A stretch of DNA of 64,000 bases, taken from contig CANKOI010000001.1 in NCBI GenBank assembly GCA_947484175.1, forward strand, positions 19,752 to 83,751, in the 5' to 3' direction. Below the pieces are notes generated by a model that worked only from the letters and a program-made list of their open reading frames with translations, searched no databases and was not told where the DNA came from. Of this stretch, positions 37,936-46,858 are shown piece by piece. This DNA comes from Deltaproteobacteria bacterium. GTDB lineage: Bacteria; Myxococcota_A; UBA796; SXON01. Each line of letters begins with the position of its first letter. Position 1 is the stretch's first letter. Made by a program: the position numbers and the translations under genes.

Positions 37936-39357
37936 TCAGAATACAGTGATGTGCTCTTCCGCGACGCCGAGGTAGCGGTTGGGGTCGGTGTTCATCCCGC
38001 CCATCCACGTGCGGATGTCTTGCTCCAGCTCGTAGGCGGTGCGCGGGTCGGTTTCACTGAGGTCGGTGCTCTCCTGCGGGTCGGCGCCGAGGTCGTGCAG
38101 CTGCTTCTGGCCGTCCGCGAGGTCGAGGATCAGCTTCTTGCCATCGCGGGTGCGAGCCCGCAGGTGGACAAAGAGGCGGTAGTCCGATTCGGCGTAGATC
38201 GGCAGGTCGACCTGCTCGCCCCGCAAGAGCGGCAGGAGGCTCTTGCCGTCGATGTCCGGGGGCGGGGCCACCCCGAGCGCGTCGAACAGCGTGGGGAAGG
38301 TGTCCAAGGTGCGCACCGGCGTGTCGACCACCCGCGCTCCTTCGCCGCCCGGAAACCGAATCATCAGCGGCACGTGCAGCTGGTGCTCGCAGATCGTCGC
38401 CCCGTGGTCGAGGTAGCCGTGTTCCATGAACTCCTCGCCGTGGTCGGCCAGCACCACCACGAGGCTCTTGTCCATGAGCCCCAGCTCGCGCACGCGGGCG
38501 AAGAACAGCCCGAGCCGCTCATCGGCCTCGCGCACCTTCTGCTGGTACACCTTCAGCAGGATGGCCGCATCTTCGGGCGAGATGTCCCCCTTGGCGGGAT
38601 CGCCCGGCTTCACAATCGCGGCGAGGCCGGCCTCGCGGAGCTTCGCCTGCTGCTCGATGCTCCCGTCGATCGTGCCCTGGTAGTCGGGGGCGAGCTCCGC
38701 GACCGTCTTGGTCATCGGGTGCTGGCCGTGAACGTCGTAGCCGTGGAAGAACATCAGGAAGTGGTGGTCGGCGTTGGCGCTGAGCCACTCCATGGCGGGG
38801 GGGCCGGAGTAGTCCATCCCCGCGAACACCTTGTCGTCGAGGTAGGTGGTGAAGCCACGGTTGTAGCCGAACTTCCCGGAAATGCCGGCGCCCCCCGTGA
38901 AGGCGACCGCCTCCCAGCCCTGTTTGCTCAGCTCCTCCGGCAACAGCGGGATCGTGTCCTTCAGGCGGTCGAGGACGAGCTCCTTGCCTCCCGCCGGATC
39001 GGGCACGAGCTTGTTGACCACACCGTGGTGGGAGGGCCAACGTGCAGTGAAGATCGCCATGTGGGCGGGCACTGTCCAGGGCGCGGGAGACGTGGCGTTG
39101 GAGAAGGCTACGGCCTCCTTCTGAAAGGCGTCGAGGTTGGGGGTGAAGGTGCCACCGCCGAGACCCGTGTGGTCGAAACGCAGGGCATCCATGCTCACCA
39201 CGATCACGTTCAGCGCCGAGGCGCGCGCGGCGTAGTCGAACGACGGCCCCTTGGGGGCGGACGGCTTGGCCGCAGGCGAGGCCCCCGCGGGAGGCTCCTC
39301 CGCGGCGCAGGCGGCGGCAAACAACAGCGCGGTGAGGGCAAAGGGCAGGACGCGCAT
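37936..39357 (-). CDS. Sulfatase-like (alkaline-phosphatase superfamily) hydrolase/transferase lipoprotein
   Basis: ATG 39357 after GGAG gives MRVLPFALTALLFAAAC. Metal site VVSMDALRFDH. Nucleophile region PWTVPAHMAIFTARWPSHHG (Thr type, no C/S-x-P-x-R). Later LADHGEEF. Confidence 0.75.
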   Translation of the reverse strand: MRVLPFALTALLFAAACAAEEPPAGASPAAKPSAPKGPSFDYAARASALNVIVVSMDALRFDHTGLGGGTFTPNLDAFQKEAVAFSNATSPAPWTVPAHMAIFTARWPSHHGVVNKLVPDPAGGKELVLDRLKDTIPLLPEELSKQGWEAVAFTGGAGISGKFGYNRGFTTYLDDKVFAGMDYSGPPAMEWLSANADHHFLMFFHGYDVHGQHPMTKTVAELAPDYQGTIDGSIEQQAKLREAGLAAIVKPGDPAKGDISPEDAAILLKVYQQKVREADERLGLFFARVRELGLMDKSLVVVLADHGEEFMEHGYLDHGATICEHQLHVPLMIRFPGGEGARVVDTPVRTLDTFPTLFDALGVAPPPDIDGKSLLPLLRGEQVDLPIYAESDYRLFVHLRARTRDGKKLILDLADGQKQLHDLGADPQESTDLSETDPRTAYELEQDIRTWMGGMNTDPNRYLGVAEEHITVF

Positions 39358-39424
39358 TGTGGACTCCGGAACGCGGGCATAACGCCTCGGTGCGGAGAAG
39401 CCGGAGGCCTGCGCTCGCGGGCGG

Positions 39425-41833
39425 CTACTTGCCTTCGAAGTCGCCGTCGGCATCCCCAGGAGGCTCGGCGCCACCAGGCCCCGACGCCCGTCCCATCGAC
39501 CAAAGGGTGGCAAATCCGAGGGGGATGAGGATGAAGCCCCCGAGGGTCACCGCCACCTCGCCGAGCAACACCAGGAGCCCCAGCGAACGGATGCCCTGCG
39601 AGGAGCCCAACGACAGCGCCGCGAAGGCCACGACGGTCGTGGAGGTTCCCAAGGCACTCGCCCACCCCGTCGTGGACAACGACTTGATCACGCCTCCCGG
39701 TCCTTCCTCCTCGAACCGGTGGATCAAGTGGATCATCACATCGATGCCGATGCCCAGCACAATGGGCACACCGACGAAGTTCACCATCGAGATCTTGATG
39801 CCCGTCATCACCAGCAGCGCCACCCACCACGCCACGCCCGCCAACAGCACAGACATCGCGCCCGCCACGGCCCACACCCGCCTTAGGTCGAGCGAGGTGA
39901 AGAACAAGACGAGGCAGAAGGCCACCGCGGCGATGATGGGGGCGTCCCGGTGCATGAGGCGGAAGAGCACGCCGAGGGTCACGTACTCGCTGGCGATCAC
40001 GGTATCGGGGAACTCACGCTCCATCACTTCGGTGAGGTGGTAGGCCTCCCGCATGTCCCACATGTTGCCGGACGGCACCATCAACATCCGGTGGCGGCCA
40101 CCGAGCGCGCCGAGGGCGTGCTGAACGCCGCGGGGCAGTTCGCTGGCGCTCATCACATGCGGGTCGGCCGCCGACACGCGCTTCAAGTTCTCGCGCACGG
40201 CGGCGGGGAGAAACGCCGTGTTGGGGTCAGCCGACAGTTGCGCGAGGTCTCGCAGCACCTCCACTCGCTCCGCCTGATCTTCCGGCAGAATGGACCGGAT
40301 CGACAACACTTGGGTGATCTCGGGAAGCTTACCGGCTTGCACCTTTTTGCTCACCCGCGCGACCGCTGCGTTGAGCTCCCCTTCGGAGGCGTAGCTGATC
40401 ACCAAGGGGGCGTAGCTCTCGCGGGCGAGCGCCTGTTGACGAGGGGTGAGGTCGGCGTAGGCGAGCCCCTGCCGCCGGAGCTCCGAAAGATCGAACTCAA
40501 ACTCCACGTTCCTCACGAAGAGGCCCGCCACGATCGTAAAACCGGCGAGGAGCGTGAGCGTCATTGGCGCGAGGTGGTACACCGCGGGCAGCTTTCGTCC
40601 GCGAAGTCCAGAGCGGGCCGTGCGGCTCAACGGCCCCCGACGGTCGAGCCACACCACGAGGAGGGGCATCAACAGCATCTCGGCAATGAGCGTGAGCACC
40701 AGCCCCAAGGACAAGAGCCAACCGAGCTGCCGGAACCCGGCAAAGTGCGCGAACAAGAGCGCCGCGAACCCCGCCGAACTGGTGAGCGCGGCGCTGGTGC
40801 ACGCGCCGCCTACGAGGTCCCATGCCCGGACCACAGCGTCCTCGATCGAGTCGCCCGCCTCCACACACTCTCGGATTCGAGCGTAGAGGTGCACCCCGAA
40901 CTCCACGCCGAGCCCGATGAGCACGGCATTCACGAAGCTGGTGAAGGTGTTCAGCCCACCCACCGTGGCCCCGGCGATGCCGAGCGTCCACAGATTGCTC
41001 AGCGCCAGCGGGATGAAGATCACGGCGAGCGCGCGCGGCGTGCGGAACGCGAGCGTAATGATGAAGAGGACGAGGACCAGGCTGGCCGCGGTCGTGGTGA
41101 AGATGTCCTCGACGATGGCTTCGTAATCCTCGACGTTGTGCCGGTAGGCGCCGCCCTTCCACACCACGCTCACGGTCGGATGGTGCGCTTCGACCACCGC
41201 GAGGTGTTCATCCACGCGCTTCATGAACTGAGCGGCGAAGGGCAGGTCGTGAGCGGAGCCACGCGGCCGCACGATCATGCGGGCCACGCCGGACTCCGAG
41301 ACCAACTTCAGGTCGTCGTCCCCCTGCTGGAGCTTCTCGGTAAGGGAACCGAGATCGAGCACGCTCGCCGCGATCAGGGGGTTCGCGAGCGCGGACCCGA
41401 GCGTGGTGGCGCTCTGCACCCGGTCCCGGATGGTGGTGAGCTCCTCGACGGAGAGCGAGAGCAGGCCGAGCTTGAACGCAGTGTCGGGGTCGATCCGGTA
41501 GAGGACGTAGTCCACATCGGGGTCGGCTTCGAGGAGGCCTTGAAGCTCCCCCATGAACGCGTCGCGAGCCACCGGGTCTTCCGCCTCGGCGGCGATGGTG
41601 AGCACGTTTACCCCGCCCTCCTCGGCGTCGAGGCTCGCCAAGGCCTTCGTGGAAGGCTCCTCGCTCGGCATCAGGTGCAGGATGTCGCTGTCCACCCGCA
41701 CCCGGGACGCGAACCCAGCGGCCACCGCGGAGACGGCCGCAAGGAGCAGCAGCAGCAGCAGCTTGTGGTCGAGAACCCAACGGGCCAGACGGCCGTAGAA
41801 GCCCCGCGGAGTGTAGGACATGGTCGCGCGCAT
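39425..41833 (-). CDS. RND-superfamily MMPL-type exporter (two 6-TM bundles, two periplasmic loops)
   Basis: In-frame ATG 41833 or 41821 (MRATMSYTPRGFYGRLARWVLDHKLLLLLLLAAV). Duplicated TM bundles with the SSD-like pattern. The upstream 119 codons of the track ORF are non-coding-like. Confidence 0.75.
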   Translation of the reverse strand: MRATMSYTPRGFYGRLARWVLDHKLLLLLLLAAVSAVAAGFASRVRVDSDILHLMPSEEPSTKALASLDAEEGGVNVLTIAAEAEDPVARDAFMGELQGLLEADPDVDYVLYRIDPDTAFKLGLLSLSVEELTTIRDRVQSATTLGSALANPLIAASVLDLGSLTEKLQQGDDDLKLVSESGVARMIVRPRGSAHDLPFAAQFMKRVDEHLAVVEAHHPTVSVVWKGGAYRHNVEDYEAIVEDIFTTTAASLVLVLFIITLAFRTPRALAVIFIPLALSNLWTLGIAGATVGGLNTFTSFVNAVLIGLGVEFGVHLYARIRECVEAGDSIEDAVVRAWDLVGGACTSAALTSSAGFAALLFAHFAGFRQLGWLLSLGLVLTLIAEMLLMPLLVVWLDRRGPLSRTARSGLRGRKLPAVYHLAPMTLTLLAGFTIVAGLFVRNVEFEFDLSELRRQGLAYADLTPRQQALARESYAPLVISYASEGELNAAVARVSKKVQAGKLPEITQVLSIRSILPEDQAERVEVLRDLAQLSADPNTAFLPAAVRENLKRVSAADPHVMSASELPRGVQHALGALGGRHRMLMVPSGNMWDMREAYHLTEVMEREFPDTVIASEYVTLGVLFRLMHRDAPIIAAVAFCLVLFFTSLDLRRVWAVAGAMSVLLAGVAWWVALLVMTGIKISMVNFVGVPIVLGIGIDVMIHLIHRFEEEGPGGVIKSLSTTGWASALGTSTTVVAFAALSLGSSQGIRSLGLLVLLGEVAVTLGGFILIPLGFATLWSMGRASGPGGAEPPGDADGDFEGK

Positions 41834-41875
41834 AGCGCGCCCGCCCGAGAAGCGCCGCGAGCCCCCCGCGATGCC

Positions 41876-41904
41876 TTGCAGACCCCCGCCTCCCGTCGTA
41901 TCGT
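41876..41904 (+). promoter_or_regulatory. Candidate promoter TTGCAG-17-TATCGT only 10 nt upstream of the sigma-factor ATG
   Basis: TTGCAG 41876-41881, TATCGT 41899-41904, ATG 41915. No Shine-Dalgarno sequence in between. Confidence 0.3.
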
Positions 41905-41914
41905 GCGGGCGTTC

Positions 41915-42622
41915 ATGTCCTTCACCCCCGCCCAGCGCGACGCCCTGATTCTCGACCACGTCGCGCTGGTCCGGATCATCGCGGGCCGCCTCGCGCGGCG
42001 CCTCCCGAGCAGCGTGGATGTCGACGAGCTCGTGAGCGTGGGCACCGTGGGACTGATCGACGCGATCGACCGCTTTGATCCCGAGCGCGGCGTGCCCTTC
42101 AAGGGTTTCGCCGACCTGCGTATTCGCGGCGCGATGGTGGACTACCTGCGCGGGATCGACCCGGTTTCTCGTGCGGTCCGGCGGAAGCACAACGCCCTCG
42201 AAGCGAAACGAACGGAGCTGAGGAACCGCCTCGGGCGCGCACCCACCCGCGAAGAGATGGCCCGCGGCCTCGAGCTCCAGCCTCAGGCCTACGACGACAT
42301 GGTCGACGCCGCCCTGCTCTTCAGCGTGGTGAGCAGCGACACCCCGCTAGACGAAGACGCCGGCACGACGATCGGGGACCAGCTCTCGGGGCAGGAGACG
42401 AACGTCGAGGACGCCTGGGTGGCTCGAGAACTCACGGCCGAGATGCTGGCCGCCCTCGAAAACCTCCCGGAGCGCGAGCGTATCGTCGTGACCAAATTCT
42501 ATCTGGAGAGTCGCACGCTCAAGGAGATCGGGTCCGAGTTGGCGGTGACCGAGTCCCGCGCTTGTCAGATCGCGAAGGCGGGCACCGCTCGGATGCGAGT
42601 ACGCCTACTCCCCGGGCAGTAA
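41915..42622 (+). CDS. FliA/WhiG-family (sigma-28 type) RNA polymerase sigma factor
   Basis: Only the last 235 codons of track ORF 39950..42622 are coding. LVRIIAGRLARRLPSSVDVDELVSVGTVGLIDAIDRFDPERGVPFKGFADLRIRGAMVDYLR. Region 4.2 LKEIGSELAVTESRACQI. Confidence 0.85.
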   Translation: MSFTPAQRDALILDHVALVRIIAGRLARRLPSSVDVDELVSVGTVGLIDAIDRFDPERGVPFKGFADLRIRGAMVDYLRGIDPVSRAVRRKHNALEAKRTELRNRLGRAPTREEMARGLELQPQAYDDMVDAALLFSVVSSDTPLDEDAGTTIGDQLSGQETNVEDAWVARELTAEMLAALENLPERERIVVTKFYLESRTLKEIGSELAVTESRACQIAKAGTARMRVRLLPGQ

Positions 42623-42643
42623 GGGGGGGCGCCCTCCGATCGA

Positions 42644-44191
42644 TCACGGTTCGTCGGTTTCGTCCAGCGCACTGCTCTCCTTGGGTCGGCTCCCAAACAG
42701 GCGCACCTGCACGCCCACCGACAGGCCTACCCCGAGAGCGGTGGGGCCAGGAAGCGTCTCGATGCCCTCGAGGGCCGACACGGGGCTGTACCGCTCCTCC
42801 TGCGTTTCGCCGTCGTCGAGCAGAAACGACACCGGCACCTGCGCGTAGAAGTCGAGGATGTCGTTGACCCGAACCTCCGCGCCGCCGATCAACTCCACGC
42901 TCCACGTGGCCTGCGCCGGGAAGCGGGCCAGTTCGTCGGGCGGCAGGATGTGGTCGGCGATGCCCGTTCCCTGCATCCAGTAGGCCCCGAACCCAAACGT
43001 GGGGTGGATCGCGGACGCCGGCAGAAAGGACACCGTGGCGCGTGGCCCCACGATCAGGCTGGACTGCTGAGTGGTCACCGACTCGGGCACTCGGCCATCA
43101 TCCAGATCATCCGTGCTCTCCTGGCTGATGAGGTAGACGAAGTTGCCGCCGGCAAGTCCTACCCGCACGGAGACGTCCACCATCGGATGAACGCCGAAGC
43201 CCAGTTCCAGGGAACCCGTGCCACTTGACCCGCTCGCTACGCTCTGGGCGGAGTAGGCATCGACGGTTTGCAGACCCTGCACGGCGTAGCGTCCGTAGTA
43301 CTCGGCGTCGACAGGGCCGTTGACGTAGCCGCCCGAGGCACGAATCAACAACTGGAAGCGCCGCCCTTCCGCTCGTTCACGCCAGGTGGGCAGGTCGAGA
43401 CCCGAGTTTCGGTACCGAAGGTAGTCGCCGGCCTGCATCCCCAGTCGCTCCCACGGCTTGGACCCTTCTTCCACCGACTTCTCCGCGATGTCGGCTTCCG
43501 TGAGCTTCGGTCGTTCGATCTGCACGTCGGCCCGGCGAATGCTGGTGGTGAACTCACCCAGCTCCTCCTCCAGCGCGGCCAGTTCCGCGGCGATCACGGC
43601 ATCCTGCTCCTCGTCGGCCGCTTCCGCGTCCTCCGTCTTCACCCGGATGTCCCTCTCCGCGCCCACCTCGCCGGCAATGGCCGCCACGAGGACACGGGCC
43701 ACGCCCTCCGCGAACGCCTCATCCCGCCCGGAGTCGAGCTCGCTGCGGAAGCTCACGGCCACCCGCGCCCCGTTGATGTCGACGATGTCGATGTCCACCC
43801 GCGTGCCCTTCAGCAGCGACTGCACCGACCCCGTGACCGCCCACGAAGCCGACGCGCGGCCCCCCACCACGAACGTGCAGCCCACAATGTCGCCCGGCGG
43901 ACAGCTGTCCATGTAAATGCGGGCCGAGTAGTCTTCGAACGCGGGGCTGTCCTCCACCCGCAAGACCCGCAGTTCGGGCCGCCCCCGCAGCTTCTCCGCC
44001 ACAAAGGCCTCGATCAGGGCCGCGAGCGAGCGCGACTCGTCGTTGCGTGCCTGAAAGGCGGAAACGAAAACGGGCGTGGGCGAAGCCGCCACCGCCCAAG
44101 AGGACCAGATCGAGAGGAGGAGGGGCAGCACGGCGGCACCATAGCAGAAACCTCGGCGGCCCGGCGTGGCGCGCTCAGGGGAGGGGGGCAA
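42644..44191 (-). CDS. Secreted hypothetical protein; C-terminal half possibly beta-barrel
   Basis: TTG start. Signal GAAVLPLLLSIWSSWAVAA. Central acidic coiled-coil-like stretch. C-terminal alternating hydrophobic pattern ending VQVRLF plus a tail. Confidence 0.5.
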   Translation of the reverse strand: MPPSPERATPGRRGFCYGAAVLPLLLSIWSSWAVAASPTPVFVSAFQARNDESRSLAALIEAFVAEKLRGRPELRVLRVEDSPAFEDYSARIYMDSCPPGDIVGCTFVVGGRASASWAVTGSVQSLLKGTRVDIDIVDINGARVAVSFRSELDSGRDEAFAEGVARVLVAAIAGEVGAERDIRVKTEDAEAADEEQDAVIAAELAALEEELGEFTTSIRRADVQIERPKLTEADIAEKSVEEGSKPWERLGMQAGDYLRYRNSGLDLPTWRERAEGRRFQLLIRASGGYVNGPVDAEYYGRYAVQGLQTVDAYSAQSVASGSSGTGSLELGFGVHPMVDVSVRVGLAGGNFVYLISQESTDDLDDGRVPESVTTQQSSLIVGPRATVSFLPASAIHPTFGFGAYWMQGTGIADHILPPDELARFPAQATWSVELIGGAEVRVNDILDFYAQVPVSFLLDDGETQEERYSPVSALEGIETLPGPTALGVGLSVGVQVRLFGSRPKESSALDETDEP

Positions 44192-44927
44192 GGGGCCTTC
44201 GCCGACGCGCGTCGGCCAAGCCGTCGGCGATGGCCGGCAATCGCGACAGTGGGCCGCCCTCCCGCAGGACTTGCGCGAGATGCAGGCCGGCGACCACGGC
44301 CGTTCGCCAGCCCGGCGGAAACAGCAGCGCCTGCCCGGCTACGGCGCAGCGCGTGGCCATGACGCTCCGCCGGTGCACGGTGCCGCCCCCTTCGTGCCAG
44401 CAGCGCGCACCCGCTACGAGCCAGGCGCCGCCCAGGCGAAGGCACAGCTCCACGTCCTCCCCGCCGTGGGGAAACCGCTCGTCGAAGCGCGCGCTGGCCG
44501 GCACGTGAAGGCAGGCGCCGCTCAGAGCAGCCACGGACCGGTCGGCAAGGGGCGAGTCGCGGCGCTGGACCACGCGGCCCCACCCGCGCACCACGATCCC
44601 CGCAGACTCCACGCCTGCTGGGCCGGTGAGCACCGGCCCGCACAGCCCCCCCCGCGCTGCGAGACGGTCGAGGCAATCGCCCATGGGGAGGGCATCGTCG
44701 TTGAGCAGGATCGCGGCCGGCGTACGCACGGCGGCGAGCCCCGCGTTCGCGGCGCGCGCAAAACCCTGCCCGCCGCCGAGCCGCACGCGGGGGACATCAA
44801 GGTCCAAGCCGGCGTCGGTGTCGTCGACCACCAAGACCCGGCGGCCCTCGAGGGCGTGGAGCAGCCGAAGGAGCGCGGCCGTGGCGCTTCGGTGCGGCAC
44901 CACCACGGTGATGCCGTCCGCGTTCAT
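44175..44927 (-). CDS. Family 2 glycosyltransferase
   Basis: ITVVVPHRS.., VLVVDDTD, ILLNDDALP (DxD). The ATG overlaps the upstream stop (ATGA). Confidence 0.75.
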   Translation of the reverse strand: MNADGITVVVPHRSATAALLRLLHALEGRRVLVVDDTDAGLDLDVPRVRLGGGQGFARAANAGLAAVRTPAAILLNDDALPMGDCLDRLAARGGLCGPVLTGPAGVESAGIVVRGWGRVVQRRDSPLADRSVAALSGACLHVPASARFDERFPHGGEDVELCLRLGGAWLVAGARCWHEGGGTVHRRSVMATRCAVAGQALLFPPGWRTAVVAGLHLAQVLREGGPLSRLPAIADGLADARRRRPLAPLP

Positions 44928-46858
44928 TCGTTCGCCGGTTCCTTGTTGGCCGCACGGCCGATCACATCCGCGAGCTGGCGTACGGTGTACGGTTTTTGAA
45001 GAAACCCGCTCAGGCCCTCCGACATGCCACGCCGACGGGCGTCGACCTGTGAAAAGCCCGAACTGAGCACGATCCCCGCAGTGGGCTCGCGCCGCAGGAG
45101 GGCGCGCAGCACCTCTTCGCCCGACATCACGGGCATGGTCATATCGAGCAGGACGACGCGCACCTCGGCCCGGTGCCGGTCGAACCGAAGGAGGCCGGCC
45201 CTGCCGTCTTCCGCCTCGATGACGTCGTAGCCGAGCGCCTCGAGCATGGCGCGCGCGGTCGCCCGCACCTCGCTCTCGTCGTCGATGACCAGCACCAGCC
45301 CCGATCCCGTACGAATCCGCGACAACAACGGTACCGGTGCCGGCACGCGCGCCAAGGAGGCCGGCAGGTACACCCGAACGGTCGTGCCAGCCTCCAGACT
45401 GCTCTGGACCTGCACGACGCCGCCGTGCCCCTTCACGATCCCGTGAACGACGGCGAGGCCCAACCCCCGCCCGTGCGCCTTCGTGGTGAAGAAGGGGTCG
45501 AAGATGCGACGGCGCGTGCTGTCGTCCATGCCCGAACCGTTGTCGGCCACCGTGAGGACCGCGTAGGGGCCGGGGGGAAGGCGCAGCTCGCCCGCCGCGA
45601 CGGAGTCGATCTGGTTGAATCCCGTGCGGATGGTGATCACGCCGCGGCGGTCTCCCAGCGCTTCGGCGGCGTTCGTGGCGAGGTTCATCAACACTTGCTG
45701 CAGCTGCGTCCGGTCGCCCTCGACGGCGGGCGTGAGGGGGTCCACCTCGAACTGAAACTCGGCGAGCTTGGGCACCACCGTGGCAAGCAGGCCACGAAGC
45801 TCACGAAACGCGACGCCCAACTCCAGTGTTTCGGTGGTGAGCTGCGCCCTGCCCGAATAGGCGAGGAGCTGACGGGTGAGGTCGGCCGCGCGCTGGGCGT
45901 TGGCGATGAGGTCGTCGATGGAACCGCGGGCGGGGCTGCGCTCCGGCAGGCGCATCGCCGCGAGCGAGGCGTTGCCGAGGATCACCGTGAGCAGGTTGTT
46001 GAAGTCGTGCGCGATCCCGCCCGCCATCACTCCGAGGCTCTCCACTTTCTGCAACTCCACGATCTCGGCGTGGATCCGTTCCCGGTCACGCTCCGCCTCC
46101 ACGCGGGCCGTGATGTCGAGCATCACTCCTCGCTGTGCCACGACGTTGCCGCCCTTGTCGTACACCACCCGAACGGCATCGCGCATCCACACCACCCGCC
46201 CATCCTCGGCGCGGACCCGGTACTCAAGGTCGCGGTTGCCGCGGGCCGAGCCGGACTCGGCCACGACGCGGACCCGGTCGTCTTCGTGGAGAATCTTGCG
46301 CCAGAACCGCGGCTCCGCCCATCGCTCCAGCGGATACCCCAAAAGAACCGCTGCGCCGTCGCTCACGTAGCTCCAGCCGCTCTGGCCCTCGGGCGCCTCC
46401 CATACAATCGCGTTGATGCTCTGGATGAGCTGCGCCTGCCGCTCCTCCGCCGCCGAGGCCGCTTCGTTCAAGAACGTCTGCTCGCGCCGCCCCCGCGCGC
46501 TCGCCTCCGCGGCCTGCCGCACTTCAACAGATCGGGACACCAGCCCCGCCGCCACCCGCAGCACCCGCAGGCCGGCGCGCCCGACGGGCACCGGGGAACG
46601 AAGCACCAGGCCCAATGCTCCGTCCAGGCGCTCCTCAAAGCAGCCTGCCGGCGCCGGCTCCACGGCCTCCGACGCGAGCCCGACCCACACCCCCTCGAGC
46701 CCCTCTTCAGCGAGGACCCGCCGAACCAAATGGAGGGCCGCCTGTTCGTCGACCAGCCCTTCCGCGCCCTCAAGCAGCCGATCGAGTACGTTCTCCCACC
46801 GGGCTCCTGAAGGCTCGACCGACGCTTGCGTCATGGGAGGATACTTAAGACCGCTCAT
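44924..46858 (-). CDS. Hybrid sensor histidine kinase / response regulator (PAS-HisKA-HATPase-REC)
   Basis: H-box IAHDFNNLL, N-box NLATNAAEA, G-boxes DNGSGMD and GRGLGLAVVHGIV. Receiver VLVIDDE..VLLDMTMP. Start 46858 or 46834. Confidence 0.85.
   Translation of the reverse strand: MSGLKYPPMTQASVEPSGARWENVLDRLLEGAEGLVDEQAALHLVRRVLAEEGLEGVWVGLASEAVEPAPAGCFEERLDGALGLVLRSPVPVGRAGLRVLRVAAGLVSRSVEVRQAAEASARGRREQTFLNEAASAAEERQAQLIQSINAIVWEAPEGQSGWSYVSDGAAVLLGYPLERWAEPRFWRKILHEDDRVRVVAESGSARGNRDLEYRVRAEDGRVVWMRDAVRVVYDKGGNVVAQRGVMLDITARVEAERDRERIHAEIVELQKVESLGVMAGGIAHDFNNLLTVILGNASLAAMRLPERSPARGSIDDLIANAQRAADLTRQLLAYSGRAQLTTETLELGVAFRELRGLLATVVPKLAEFQFEVDPLTPAVEGDRTQLQQVLMNLATNAAEALGDRRGVITIRTGFNQIDSVAAGELRLPPGPYAVLTVADNGSGMDDSTRRRIFDPFFTTKAHGRGLGLAVVHGIVKGHGGVVQVQSSLEAGTTVRVYLPASLARVPAPVPLLSRIRTGSGLVLVIDDESEVRATARAMLEALGYDVIEAEDGRAGLLRFDRHRAEVRVVLLDMTMPVMSGEEVLRALLRREPTAGIVLSSGFSQVDARRRGMSEGLSGFLQKPYTVRQLADVIGRAANKEPANE

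Noticed and set aside
36241-39357. Radical SAM next to a sulfatase-family gene as an anaerobic sulfatase-maturase (anSME) pair
   Set aside because: The radical SAM protein has an N-terminal B12-binding domain and lacks the SPASM auxiliary Cys clusters of anSME. The sulfatase-like protein lacks the C/S-x-P-x-R maturation motif.
34798-41914. Plus-strand ORFs 34798..36030, 36406..37707, 37951..39528 and the first 655 codons of 39950..42622
   Set aside because: Antisense to the GyrB-MTase, radical SAM, sulfatase-like and MMPL genes. Only the last 235 codons of the 890-aa ORF (from ATG 41915) encode the sigma factor.
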